The notes: generated by a model from the letters alone, not told the origin. A DNA stretch of 61,584 nt, filler included, from Choristocarpus tenellus KU-1152 (GCA_964200185.2; 10 parts of 10 records of this genome joined end to end with filler, not necessarily neighbours in it), one strand, 5' to 3'. Counted from the first letter of the whole stretch, positions 26,131 to 40,157 are shown. A program made the numbers and translations.

Positions 26131-27829
26131 TTTCAAGGATCAGAACAAACTGGCGAATAGGACGGATTTGGTTGCTGTGGGTGGGTGTGCCCTTGATCAA
26201 CAGGTACAGCAGTCTTCCACAGTTTACCAAATCTGTGACTGGCTTGTGTTACAGTGGAATCCTATCTATGTCTTTTGAGAGGGGAGTGCGTGAGGATGTG
26301 GGGAGTAGAGATTCACTATAGTTGGGAAGTATTCATTAATACTAACGAACATAGAACTTGTCCTTCCGTTCATGGAACAAGAAGAATTTATTAGTAGATA
26401 ATAGAGTAAGCTGACCGTTTTTTGTGTTTGGAAATCTTTGGAACCGTTGTATTTTGATCGATTTTTTACTGTTTTCACAGTTTAGGGTTAGGGCCAGGGT
26501 TTGTGTTTATACTTCTATTTTTGTGGATATATATTGGGATGTGGATATTTGTGTCCTCTTTCAATGTGCCCATTCAATTTACCCTCAAAATCGATCTGTT
26601 ACAGGTAGACCTGTAGGATATATTGTAGAGGTGAAGGGCAAATACCTCCTCAACAAGAACAGTAATAATAAAATATTGTATCATATATTTAGAAGTCCAA
26701 CCAACTGTAGGCGTCCAACACAAAGCTCTTCCGCAAAGATATGATACGCCAACCGAACAAATAGTGGAGTATTCCTAGGGTTGTGAAATAATAGAGTTTT
26801 GAATAATTTATACAATATGTGGCGATGTCATATTGGAGTGGAGAATATAATGGTGGGGCTTGTAAAAGTGTATAGTTCTCTTTCCTCCTCCGAATATCTA
26901 ACACATACATATACTAATAAATCCTTTAACATCGTCTATTTTTCCTATTTTACATATATATGGTACACCAACCCAAGAAATAGTACAATATTTCTGTTGC
27001 GAAAACAGAAGAATTTTGATGTGTGGTACAAAATATCACATATATATGTCACGTTGGAATGGAGAATAAAATGGTTGGACTTGCTAGTATACACGGTTCT
27101 CTTTCCTCCTCCAAACCCCTAGCCCTACCCCTACAGTAATAGTTGCTTTGACAGTCTACTTCCCCTACCTTACACAAAAGACTGTTCATTGAAACCAAAC
27201 TTCCACCCTTCTCCATTTGGATAGGTACCCTTCACTCTCCTCCGAAACTCCCTGTTTGCCTTCCGACAAACAAGGTTTCAATTACCATCCACCTCTTTCC
27301 TTTCCTTATCCTAGGGGAAGTGCCTTACTTTCCTGCCTACGATATACTAACCAACCTACCAGTCCTCTGTTGTAAGGCTTCCCTCTCTTAATACGATTTC
27401 TTACACACTATTATTAGCTATTATTTGCAAGAAGTGCAAATCGCTGACCGTCCGCCTCTGTTCAAATATTTTTTCACATGTGTGAAAATACAAGCAATAT
27501 GGAAGTTTTGAGCTTGAGTGTCAGCAAACCACCATTGTTGTTGTATGTATGCGTCGATTTTTTGTATGTAGTATTAAAAATTCATAAAAGAGACAAAAAG
27601 TGCTTTGCCCAAATGAACTTGTAGAAGTGTGAAATTCACGTGGAAAACTATGTTGCTCATTTCGCCGGTAGGTTCACCAAACACAAAGCGGTGACAACGT
27701 GTAACATGTCTCCAACATATATAAATTTTTTTTTTTTTTGCTCACAAATTCTAGATTATTATTATTATTATATTCTATGTTGGCATTCCCCCCTTTCCCC
27801 TTCTCTCCCAAAATTCTATATCACCCCTT

Positions 27830-27985
27830 GTGACCAACCAATGCTAACCCTTTTCGCCATTGATTTCCAGCCAACGCCCACCTCTGATGACCAACAATGG
27901 CGAACCCCCTTCGCCCCTGATTTCCAGTCACCCCCTACCCTTAATGACTAACCAATGCGAACCCCTTTCGCCACTGATTTCTAGC
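27830..27985. repeat. Minisatellite, ~58-nt unit, ~3 copies up to the contig end
   Basis: TGACCAACCAATGCTAACCCTTTTCGCCATTGATTTCCAG repeated with variation. Confidence 0.85.
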
Positions 27986-28085
27986 NNNNNNNNNNNNNNN
28001 NNNNNNNNNNNNNNNNNNNNNNNNNNNNNTTAATTAATTAANNNNNNNNNNNNNNNNNNNNNNNNNNNNNNNNNNNNNNNNNNNN

Positions 28086-28116
<31 letters not shown>

Positions 28117-28781
28117 AGGAGGACAGCCTTGGAGATCAAAGGAGGCTTTTCAGCAGCATTCCGCTGGGCAATCAATACCAGAATTGAATTATGCTTACAT
28201 ATTCCTGGTGCCAGAAAATCATTCACCAGTGGGTCTGTAGGGGACGGTATAGCCCAAATCGTTGCTGCTATCAAGGTTATCACATTATACTGACATCGGT
28301 ACAACCCATAGTTACACCGCCTTGCAAAACCAGACAACCCTAACCCTAGGATATACAATGCCGGAAAAGAGAGGGCGGATAGATGGAGTCGGAGGCAGAT
28401 GTAGTGTAGCGGATTCTCTCTCTCTTTCTCTCCCTCTCTTCTCTGAGTGTATGGTCTACAGGAAACAGAATAGCAATCGCATTAATTCGATTGGGGTGGT
28501 CTGGAAGGTGTATGGCTCGAGATGATGGAGGGTACACAGTGAGCAGTGCACTTCATCAGCACATCATATACACCCTATGTTTTGTGTTGAGGGGAAGAGT
28601 TAGCCTGGGTAGGGTCAACAGGAAAGGGCCAGAGGGTGTTTCATGGCTTTGGGGGGTGTTTCATCGGTTCACTACAATGCGAGGAAGAAGTGGATACCAG
28701 CCAGGTAGTGTACACACCCTTTCTCACCACCCTTTCTCACAAACCGAGCGCTTAGTTTTGCTGTTTTCTGTTTCAAAATAT

Positions 28782-28818
<37 letters not shown>

Positions 28819-28897
28819 TAGGAAGACAAAGGACAATTACACACAAATTTTCTAGACATGTAAACACAGACACACAGTATGCGTGAATAAGGTATAC

Positions 28898-30407
28898 CTT
28901 CCAGCGGTAGTACCACAGGTGACGAACAGCCTGTTCCTCTCCGACCATGTACTCGTACTCCACTCTGCCCAAGTCAGGGACAACTCTCCTAGACCACCCC
29001 GTGACCGCATCCTCCCCTCCCATGGAGAGTGGATGGGTCGGCTCTGAGAAGATGGTACCCGCCCAGTTCTCACACTTCACCTTACAAAATATCTCAGCCC
29101 TTCCCTGGGAAGTAAGGGAGTTCCGGAGATGCAAATTGGGGGGGCAAGCGGGGCCGGGTGAGGGGTTAGGGTTAGGATTGGAAGGGGGGGGGGGGGAAGG
29201 AAGGAATGGTGGAGGTAGAAAAGAATGGAGGGCTGGAAGCAAAGGGTTTAGGGGCACAAGAAGGAGAACAATAGCAGAGGGCAAGGGGAATGGTATCCTG
29301 GTCCAACAACATAGAAGAGGGGGAAGTGTGCCTGAGCTGACAGGATCAAGGAAGCAAGCTCTGCTTTTTTGTTGTTGATGAAGGAACCAGAGTTGGTAGT
29401 GATCCAATGATACAACTATGCACCTCTCACAGATCATTTCTTCAAGTATAACTATTAATTATGCAATGTGTGCGTTTCCAGGGAGCCATTCGATTGCTGC
29501 AATTCAAACTCAGAACACTTGTGCATTGAATGCGTCACACACACACACACACACGCAATCCCTCGCTCGATGACACCTTCAAGGAACAACGTTGAGCCAC
29601 GCACCCACCCCCATCACACCAAACCCAACACCAAACCCAACACACAGTACACACACTGCCAATGAGAACCCTCTTCAACAAAAAAAAAAGAGATAGATAG
29701 ATAGATAGCAAGTCACTCTAGTGCTTTCACCCGATACAGAGGCAAATACTGAAATCACGGCAGAGTAGGAAATTGAGGGGGACAGCAACAGCAACATGCT
29801 GCCACAATCGATGCCAAGTTTTGAAAGCAATCCATCACCGCTACGAAAGCTCTTGGATACCAGTTTGTATCCACACACAGGGGAACAATCTGAAAAGCGC
29901 TAAAGGTCATCTTGTCCACAGTCAGTCTGCACACGATTGACACAATGCACCCCCCACACTCCCAGCAGCACCAAGGCATCGTTTCTGGAAGCAAGTGTCC
30001 AAAGCCGTGTCTCTCCTGATGTGGCTCCTCACCCATTTACCAGACCGAGTGCGTCCCGCAAGCACTGGAACACAAACAACAAATCGGGATTTTCTAGTGG
30101 TAGGCCAGGCGATCGTCATCACACAGCCCTGCAATACACCCAACACCCAACACTCAACACTGAAACACTTGCCCTTACTCCCTCCTCTACAAACCTTACC
30201 CTAACCCTAATGAATTCCAACCATTGAAAAAAAGAAAATCCGCGCAGAACCGGCTCTAGAGGTGAAGCAAATGGACACAATATGGAGGGGAAAAAACGAC
30301 ACACCTTGCACCCTGATGCTGGGGCCAGAGCTGCCGCCAACGCCTCCTCGTCACCGACTGAAAATGCCTCCTCCACCCCGGCAGGGTCCACTACATAGGG
30401 ATGGAGC
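28898..30407 (-). CDS. Internal exons of an unidentified gene (possible FN3-end + WW-like segment)
   Basis: AG/GT-flanked open exons at ~30306-30407 (LHPYVVDPAGVEEAF...ASGCK) and ~28898-29104 (GRAEIFCKVKCENWAGTIFSEP...GWSRRVVPDLGRVEYEY...WYYRWK). Confidence 0.4.
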
Positions 30408-33154
30408 TGCACAACCAAGGACACGTTCTGGCACAGAGGGGGGCGAGAAATAACTCTTGAGAGGGGATGCTCATGCCTTGTTTCAGGGGTATGACATGTG
30501 TCAAAAGTTTTAACAGTGGGTACAAGTGACCCCGACCAGTAGGGTAGAGTGTGTGCATGTGGGGGGGGGGAGGGGGGGGGCGAGGGTGCTGAAAGGCTCA
30601 ACCACAGCAGGAAGGGGTCTGTGTGACAACTCAATAAGACAAATGTATCTCATAAGTCAGGTACTACACAGTTACACAAAATAAATATAAAGTACTTGAA
30701 CGAAGCGCGCGGAATATACAAACTCTCTACAGAATTGTAACCACAACATAACTGTAATGTAACTGTAATACCATGAGGGATTGCAACAATATTTCCACAC
30801 CTGCCAGCAATGGTCGCATCCTCGCATTCACTCTCCAATCACAACATGGCACTTCCCCTTCACGCAAAAAGCCTTCCAAGAACAGCATTCTCATACACCA
30901 TTCTAAGTCTAACCACCACAATAAAACAAAAAAAAAGAAAGACAGTTTCCACAGCTTCAGACCGTTAGCTCAAGTCCAAGCAACCAAAAAAAAAAAGAAC
31001 ACCCCAGTGCCAGCGCATGTTGGTTGAAACACTTCAAAACATTGCTTTTCGCGACCGAATGATCCTCTCTCGATGGCATCTCTTTTCCATTCACCAACCT
31101 CCCAGCATCCCTCGTGATATTCACAAAAAAAAATGCACGCTTGAGCTCTGCATAAGAGCCACCTGCCGGCGACATGAGGGGATGGATGGGTAAATCCCCT
31201 CTCCCCTCCTCCTCCATGATTACAAAAAAAACAATATTCCAAGCAGAGCAACCAAAAGGGGAAGAGTCGCCCCTTTGCTCCTTCCCCTCACCCCCATCCA
31301 TCCCATACTCCCTCACTACCATCAGGGCAAACTTCCGTACCCAAGTTAATTCAGAGCCAAGACTGGACAGAGAGAGTCAACAACTGCACTCTCATAAATG
31401 CTAAAACGGAAACAAGAAGAGAGCACCCCCGACACCCCCCCCAAAATATATATATATATATATCGTAAAAAAAATATATCGAAACAGTCAAAAGGGCGGT
31501 AATTCACAGCGCAGAAGTTCAAGTACCACCGCTAGTACCTGCTCTCGAACCATCCTCCTCCAGTCCGGCAGCGTCGACCTCTCTGATTGATCATACGGCC
31601 TTCCCAAGAGTGGGCACTGGGTCACCAAAACACCTACACTCACACACAACAACAACAACAATAATAATAATAACAATAATAATAAAAATAAAAAAGATGG
31701 AGGAGGCGCCCAGGGTTGTTAAACGGAGGCAGCAGGCGCAGACAGACAGGCCATACAACAATTGAAGAGGGGGAAAAAAAAAAAAACACACACACACACA
31801 CACACAACGTCGAACATCGAACTTCAATCTCCCTCACNNNNNNNNNNNNNNNNNNNNNNNNNNNNNNNNNNNNNNNNNNNNTTAATTAATTAANNNNNNN
31901 NNNNNNNNNNNNNNNNNNNNNNNNNNNNNNNNNNNNNCCGGTGATTCTCTTCGCCACCCTTGCCTGAGTGAACCACTCCGCCACAGAATCACACGATTCA
32001 CAGATTTGGTGCCTCAAATGACATCAGCATTTGGTTCTTGAAGTAAGTATTGGGTGGTCTTCCATTAGTTTCACAATTTGATCTTATTATGTCCGTTAGA
32101 CGAGTGTGTTAGGATTGACAAGTGTTATATCTATATCTTGTAGTAGCATAGTAGTTTTGATTTTGTTTTTACCCGCACACATCTACCATGAGTCGACGTA
32201 GGAAAGGACACATCCTAAGAATCCCCAAGAAACAGTCAAAACACAGGTTCTTATACAATTCCAGAACATACATTCGAAACAATTGTGGTGACAACATTAT
32301 ACAATATATATTATTATTGTTTCTAGCAATAAATCCTCACTTCTAGTCTGGAAACTTCTACGTACCTCTACCCTACCTTCACATCTGGTCAGATAACGGC
32401 AGACACTAAAACTATTTTATTTCAAACTTGAGGAATATTATTTCTTGAGCGAATTCTGGTGGCCCATAATCATTCTAAGTCGGTGGATGTCAAAGGTGCC
32501 AAGTTCTCTGCTCAAGGAGGCAATCACAATCCGGAGTGAACTCTTCCACCTCAGAGGGTGAGACGGAGTATCAAAGGTCTTGACCCAATATCTCGAAATC
32601 AGTTGAGGAAATCCAGCACAGAACAAAAACCTCAAGACACAACAGATGATGTTCCGGAACGACTGAGCAACGTCACAGCAGAGAAATGAATCGGTCAGAA
32701 TCGAAATGTCTCTTCGTTCTGACAGTCCATTTTGGCTGTTTGATCAAATCCGGATCTTAATGACGTGCTTGGCGCGCGAAATTGTATATGACCGCGCGTC
32801 TTATGTACAAGTTTGGTGTCCCTGACAAGTCCGCCATTACTAAATGTTGTGGTGGTACCTTTTCATTGGAAGGACGATTTAAAACCAATCGAACAACCCC
32901 ACCATAAAAGTTTAGATCCTACTTATCGACCGCCCTCTCTCCCTCGTTCTGCTCGAGCCTTGCCTTCAGATCACAAACCAACACCACTCCATACCTAGCC
33001 CTTATTCCCCCCCTTCTCGTTCTTTTTCTCACAAATAGCCCAACATCCTCGCATTTCAGCATTCAATCCACGGACACCATCGATCCTCGCATAAGCTATC
33101 AATACCAGAGGCACTAGACAGTGATTGCTCGTTGTTATCCATTCGCACGAGGTC

Positions 33155-35458
33155 ATGGGTATTTTTATCTCTCGCCTATTCGATATCATCACTGGGCTCC
33201 AGGTACGTCCTTCTAGCACAGGGCATTACTCCCCCCTCTTTTTTTGGTGTCGTCATAGTTGCTGTGTGTTGCATGTTACATCATGCACATCGTCCGTGGT
33301 AGTTCGTCAAATATCTAGACAACATCGCGTGTTTGTTGGTTCTAGTTTAGATTGCTTGTTGTGAGGATTGTATACGATATCATGTCGGTGTTTTCCTGTG
33401 GAATTCGAATGGGCTACCAAACGCAACCTCCTAATATTGCTGTTCGCGATCTACTATGACCCTACGACAGAAAAGACGACTTATTATGCTGGGCCTTGAT
33501 GCCGTAGGAAAGACCTCCATTCTGTACAGGCTTAGCTTGGGCGAAAATGTTACAACAATACCCACTATTGGATTCAATGTGGAGAACGTCCAGTTCAAGA
33601 AAATGGATATGACCATCTGGTAAGAAGGTGGCATGCTCAGGCGGTAGAGATTGCACCAGCAATGGAGATAAATAGGGTATATAAAAATGTCAACCTTCTG
33701 ACATACTTGGCTCTGGTAAATGAAAGCAATTAATACTTCCCAAGAGTTGGCACCAAATCTCTCATTTGGTACACATTCCGAATTCTTCCCATACTAGGGT
33801 GTAAGATGCACAATTATGTTGTTATTGGTGGACGGTATGGGACATTTGAGAGGTTGTTGTTGTCTCTCGATCGCTCCTAACAGTGTTCAATTTTTATATT
33901 GGTGGTATACAATGTGGAAACAACTTTGGGTTGCTGTTGACCTATCTGTAGGTGACCCGACCACTGATACGTACTTCCCTTTTACACTACTTCGATGTAG
34001 TTACAACGTGTGAGTATCGAGCAGGGTGTATTGTAAATCAGGCACTCTTCTCCTCCCCTGTGGTCACCACGATTTTATCTCGGGTAATCTATGAAAAATA
34101 TTATTTTCCTTGTATCCTATTAGGGAAGTCGGTGGTGGGGAAAAAATTCCCCCGTTGTGGAGGCATTATTGCTCAGACACTGATGCGCTCATCTTCGTGG
34201 TAGACTCTCACGATCGTGAACGACTGGACATGGCATTGGGCGAGCTTTATCGTCTCCTGCGGGAGCTTCCAATGGATGAGTGCCACACTGTGCTTATCTT
34301 TCTCAACAAGCAGGTTTGTGTCGAGAGATTTCTCGCTTACACCAGTGACGAATGCGCATGATACATACAAATATACGTACATATGCCATAATACACCTGT
34401 TTGAAATTGTTCATTTCCAGTGTATACATGTCCCCCCATCCAACCTCACCCTCCGTACCGATCAACGTGCTGAATGTGGCTCCGAATGCTTGCAGGACCT
34501 ACCAGGTGCAGTTACGCCTAGTCAAGCACTGGAAAAGCTTGCCATCGATAATCAAAATCCCCTCAAGCATCGAAGCTGGTACCTGCAGGTGGAAAATGAT
34601 TCACGTTTGTTTCTTTCTTCACCCATCACTTGGTATGCAAAGTACTTGCTGGGGGTGTGACTGCCCAAGCATTCCAGACTAGGTGTACAAGTTTTTCTAC
34701 ATATATGTCTATTGTGATTTACTCGAGTACTTAACACATTTTTGGACCAATACAACAATGAAGATGGGAATACATTTTTTTGGGGGGTAAATCACCCACA
34801 TAATTTATTCTGTATACCACTATTTGCACTGGTGTACTCAGTTGTAATATTACGGTCTCGTTTTGAACCTATGACTTGATTATGCACCTGGCTGCACCTC
34901 AAACCACAAAACAGCAAAACATACACACAAGTAAATATTATTGCAGTATGTGCCGTGACTGATTTCCAAAGTAGAACATAGTAAACTGCTCAGGCCTCCA
35001 TACTTATCCCCTGTGCGATGAATACCTCTCTCAGCAACATACTGTTTTAATAATACTGGAACCACGTTGTTGCATTTATTGAAGAGTTGTCGATTGTATA
35101 TATTATGCTCAATCTCACTGGTGTGTTCACATTAACCCTCTAATCCCCAATTGATACCTAGGTTTGTGACATCTTGTCTTTGAGTGTATGATGACCGTGT
35201 CCTTTCTGTATTGACTCTATATGCCCTTCTTCAATAAAGGCTTGCTGTGCAGTTTCAGGCGAGGGTATCCATGCAGGGCTCGAGTGGCTATACCAGACGA
35301 TGAAAGAACATCCAAAAGAAGTTGGATGTATAGAAAATATGGAGGTAGACTACGTACCACCAAATACTTCGCATAGACAAGACCACAGTAACCGGAATTC
35401 ATTGGGCTCAGCCTCTCCATCATCACCTGTAATATCAACACATGCTGAAAAGGGGTGA
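33155..35458 (+). CDS. Arf/Arl-family small GTPase, atypical G3 motif, C-terminal extension, ~232 aa
   Basis: Exons 33155-33202, 33471-33619, 34124-34313, 34496-34588, 35240-35458. MG start, [72 protein letters not shown]. Confidence 0.92.
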
Positions 35459-36530
35459 GACATAATCATAGGATGACAATGCAGGTACAGCAATTTTTGT
35501 TTGCAGTTTGAAGAGCACTTTGAAGGGTCGTATTGTATGGCAGCAGTACTGTTTACCCACATTTGGAGAAGTTTTTGGTATTAGAATGCTTGATTTTCTG
35601 ACATTTGCAAGGTTGTTAAAGAAATTGGTGTTACCAAGACTTACGTATGTAAATGACTCGAATAATTCCTTATTATGCAGAACAGGTTGTAAATGAAGTA
35701 AGGAAGGTTTACGTAAGAAAGGCGAGTGAGCTTCAAAACCCCAAAGGGGGGTGTCCTTGCCACCAAATCAACTCTATTTCGTGAATGACTAATCAAACTA
35801 ATCTGAAATCACTTCCCTCAATGCTTCCTATTCTAGTTCTTGAAACCTAACCTTATCTTCTTATACTTCAGAATACAAACACCATCTCTTCATCCTTAGA
35901 TTGTCTCTTCTACAGAACCTTCTTTTACACATGAATAAAAAGCATATTCTTAACAAAGGTAGATATAACGAGACTGCAACAGCTGTAGTTTCATCTCCTT
36001 TTTCTGTAACACGAAAAGCGGAACTGCATTATAGTCCTAAGTGTCTAAGCACGTCCTCAGGAGACCTACATCCAAAACCATGAAGAGCCCACAAGAAGTT
36101 GATTGGATCACATGGATCCTTGCATCTATCTGTATCTTGTATCTGGTCGCGCACACAATTGGTATTGGTTCAAGGTAGATGATTTCCTTCTGTGGTGATA
36201 CTAATATGGATTTGCCAAAAATGTGCATACATGTGTAATACGTATGTATATGCCACGTAATGCTTACCTATGGAGCTCCATATGCACCGCAGCAGATAAC
36301 AGCCGATCATCAAAATTGAGGATGGAGCTTTTTTATTGAGGATGAGCGAGACGCGGATTGGTGTGCGGAAAGTGCACATATGTTTTTTTTTTTTTTTAAT
36401 GTTGTGGCACTTTTAAAAGGTCCCGCTATGNNNNNNNNNNNNNNNNNNNNNNNNNNNNNNNNNNNNNNNNNNNNTTAATTAATTAANNNNNNNNNNNNNN
36501 NNNNNNNNNNNNNNNNNNNNNNNNNNNNNN

Positions 36531-36571
36531 CAAATGGACAGCCGCCGCCACCCCCCCAGATACTTTGAGGC
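36531..36571 (-). mobile_element. MITE-like family B terminus (contig start)
   Basis: CAAATGGACAGCCG...CCCCAGATACTTTGAG. Confidence 0.65.
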
Positions 36572-38057
36572 TTAGGACAGGTAATAGGGTTGGGATCGGA
36601 AACGGAAACTGGAAGGAACATCGTTTGGTTCCGATACATATCGGAACACAGAAATCGACGAACACGAACTTCGTTGATAGGTTTCGTTCTGCTCTTGATG
36701 GGAGGACGTGTGAGTCACTGGCTCAGAACTACAGTGGAACTAGTGAACACCACGTCTCTCTGATTTCGATGCAAATGTGTGATTTCGGAAGGATATGGTG
36801 ACCATATGCTTCGCTATGCCTAGTCTTCAAGCGCTAATCCCTCCTTCAGGAAATTACAGAACGCACATGCTACATTGGAGTATGTCTCACTGCAACGAAG
36901 GCCTGGTCTTGCCTTTGGGATGTCCTGGGGTCTACCCCTCCGGAGTCCACGAGTTCATTCCCGTTGTTAGCGAGATCCCCTAGTGGCTGGCGGGTCGTCA
37001 TCATACATCTGCGGTCTGATGGTTGCGGTCCTCTCAAAGAACTGCGACAACAATTCCTCTATATTGTCCAGGTCCGTTGGTTTGTTGTGGACAGAGTGAG
37101 GGAGTGTGAGGTTTGTCGCATTTGTGGGGTGGCCAAAAAAAATTGTTATTCACTATAATATAATTCTACAAAACTGCAAATATATGAAAAAAAAGATGCA
37201 AACTCAACATTTGACCCTCTCGCACTAAAGAAGAAATAGCGCATGGAGAGTTACATATATCTACACTCTTATGTCTGTATTTGTTCTAGTTCAGCGCCAT
37301 CGTAGACCTGCATAGAAATTTCAAAACATATGTGAAGAGAGAAAAATTCCCTTTATTAAATATCCTTTTATATTCCCGAGGAAAAGGAGCACCCCAACTA
37401 GCCTGTTCATTAACCACAAAATATATACTACTATTTAAAAGGGGTACAATATTCCATAAAGGCGGTTGTTCTTGTATGAACTGTTGTGAAGTTGAAATAC
37501 AACCGAAAAAAGAATAGCTTAAGAGGACCATACCTTCTTGGTCAAGAGAGGATAGGTGTGCATCCCTTGAGAATCGGGCTCGTCTGTGGCTATCCCTGTG
37601 CGCTGTACGTGACGGTGAATACCGGGCGTGTTGGAAGGTAAAAAGACGACAAGACTTCCACTTCATGCAAGGTGATCAGGTGAGCACGGCTGGAGGATGA
37701 TGTGAACCGACTGCGACATGCCATCCTCTCTGGGCCTGACTCGATGCGCAAAACATTTTCTCTCTCTCCTTCTCTTTGTTTCTCCTGTCCCATTTCCAAC
37801 GTACCTACCCGATGCAGACATCCCGCGATATCAACTGAGAGGCTTAGTCCAACCACCGAACGCCGCGATGCCTCCAAAGGGAACCAGTAGGTGAGTCCCC
37901 TTACAAGAAACGTTCACCCTTCGTGCAGCCTACACTGGAGCGTCTCTGAATGACCATTATCGCAAAAACACCGTCATGACTTAGCGGATGTTGCGGCTAT
38001 CGTCCGTTCACGTAGCATGTAGTAGCATGTGGCTGACATGTTCATGTATCCAAATGG

Positions 38058-38868
38058 TTGTATTTGTTACCTTTACAACTATGTACACACCAGCTGCATA
38101 TGATGGTGTCACCAACATTTTCAGATTCGATGCCCTGTATTTATTTGCGTTTCCGACCGTGTACACACCAGAGCCAAAGTGTCTTAGAGGGTAGAGCCGC
38201 GTCCATTTGGAGTTCAACATCCAATGTTGCGATTTTGATGTAACTCCGGCTATCATGTTTGCTAGGAAGTGACAATATCCTCGTTCCGGACAACCCTTTT
38301 CATAACGTATACATTTTGCCTACTCCGAAACATTTTCAAGTAGGAAAACGTCATAACAAGAGACCATGGGAAGCCAAGCCCCAAATGGACAAACAGGTGA
38401 AAAATCGTACCCTCTCAGATACTCTCACTCACCAGCTGTCAGCAGTGGTAATACCAACATTTTCATGTTCGATGTGCTGTATTTATTTGAGTTTCCAACT
38501 GTGTATACACCAGCTGTCAATGCTGGTAACACTAGCCTTTCCAATTCAGTACCCTGTATTCATTACTGTTACAACCGTGTACGCACCACCTGTTAGCAGT
38601 GGCAATACCAAATTTTTAGATTCGATACCCCGTATTTATTTGCGTTTCCAACCGTGTAGGCACCAGCTGTCAGCAGTGGTAACACCAGCATTTTCAAATT
38701 CAATCCCCTGTATTTGTTACCTTAATTATAACCGTGTACTCACCAGCTTCAGATGGTGGTGTCACCGACATTTTCAAATCCGATGCCCTGTATTCATTAC
38801 CTTTACAACCGTGTACACACCAGTTGTCAGCAGTGGTAACACCAGCATTTTCAGATTCGATGCTCTAT
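38058..38868. repeat. Minisatellite, ~78-nt unit, ~7 diverged copies, interrupted by a MITE
   Basis: Unit TGTATTTATTTGCGTTTCCAACCGTGTACACACCAGCTGTCAGCAGTGGTAACACCAGCATTTTCAGATTCGATGCCC starting near 38058, 38136, 38478, 38555, 38631, 38709 and 38789. Confidence 0.92.
38171..38430 (-). mobile_element. MITE family A copy inserted in a minisatellite, TSD ACCA
   Basis: Reverse-oriented full copy. The uninterrupted satellite unit (GTACACACCAGCTG) shows ACCA duplicated on both sides. Confidence 0.92.
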
Positions 38869-38869
38869 G

Positions 38870-39018
38870 TTAGAGGGCACGAGTTTTTCGCTGGTTGTCC
38901 TTAGGGGCTTGGCTGCCCACGGGTTTTTAAGGGCATTGTACTTACTCAAAAATGTTTTGGAGAAGTACAATGTCTACACTATGGAAAGGAGTGTTTGGAA
39001 AAAGGATATTGACATCTA
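38870..39018 (+). mobile_element. MITE family A, partial
   Basis: TTAGAGGGCACGAGTTTTTCG...GGGGCTTGGCTGCCCACGGG...AAGGATATTGAC matches family A. Confidence 0.75.
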
Positions 39019-40157
39019 ACAGCGGATCAAGATAATGGCGGATGGATCATTTCATGGAGGATGGATTTTTCCCAAAATGGTGCGCGGAAAGNNNNNNNNN
39101 NNNNNNNNNNNNNNNNNNNNNNNNNNNNNNNNNNNTTAATTAATTAANNNNNNNNNNNNNNNNNNNNNNNNNNNNNNNNNNNNNNNNNNNNCAGTGCACC
39201 AATCAACAGTCAGTACAAGCTGGTAGATGTGTATCATATCAACAAGAAACAAATGAGTAGCCTCTGTTTTAAGATAATATACTGTGTCAAATATCCCCAA
39301 AATCATCAAAGAGGATAAGGTGATAAACCCGGCGAGATGGCTTGGTGCCTGTAGAGTGATTGATTAAATTTAGTGGGGCATGCAAGTCCCCATAAAATCA
39401 AAATACTTCCTGTTGTATGGAAAAATTCTCCTTCAACTATTCACTAGTACAAGGCTCAGATTACTTAACTACTAAATGATTGTTCCATTACTCCATACAT
39501 ATTTCACCTTCACTTCCCGATGGAGTTAGAAGAATCTAATCAAACACTCCACTGTTACCTTGCTTCCCCTTTCTATTATGTTCTCGTTCCGTCTCTGTTC
39601 TTTCTTTTCATATGTTGAAGACCTCAGATGCACAGTAAGTTTTGTTTATTATTTTATTGTCATTGTTCCGTCCCTGAGCACCTCATCCTCACTCTCTAAT
39701 AGTGCCCCTGATGCAAACTTGTATGTAATACACCCAGTGTTAAAACCATCTACTAGAACCCTTGCCAGTCAAGTCAACAAGACTCTTCATAGAGCACGTA
39801 CTTCTTTTATCAAGTATACCATTAAATAACACCATGTTCACATCACATCATTCTTAAATGAGAGATCAATGACTCCGGTTGCAACAGGACATATTCATCA
39901 GTGTTTTACTTCACGGTCACATCTTTTATGTTGTCTTACTGGTCTCTGTTACCTGCAAAAAATGTGACGGAAATCCAATTCATTGACTTCTACACGTTTC
40001 ACTGAAGAATATGTCAAAGTGTATTGAAGATTTCCACTGCCCTTGAGAAAATATTCGTTCAACTGAAGCAAAAGGTTGACCTCGCAGCGACTGACCACTC
40101 TCCGTTTTGACAGCAAATAGAAATCGAGATGAGAATCGTATATCCATCCGCACAGTT

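Noticed and set aside
36800-37900. GC-richer stretches that might be minus-strand exons
   Set aside because: No recognisable family or consistent splice model; left uncalled.
38058-38868. CRISPR-like array or repeat-protein ORF (38259-38873)
   Set aside because: Whole units are homologous with no unique spacers, unit lengths vary out of frame, there are no cas genes, and the ORF runs through a MITE.
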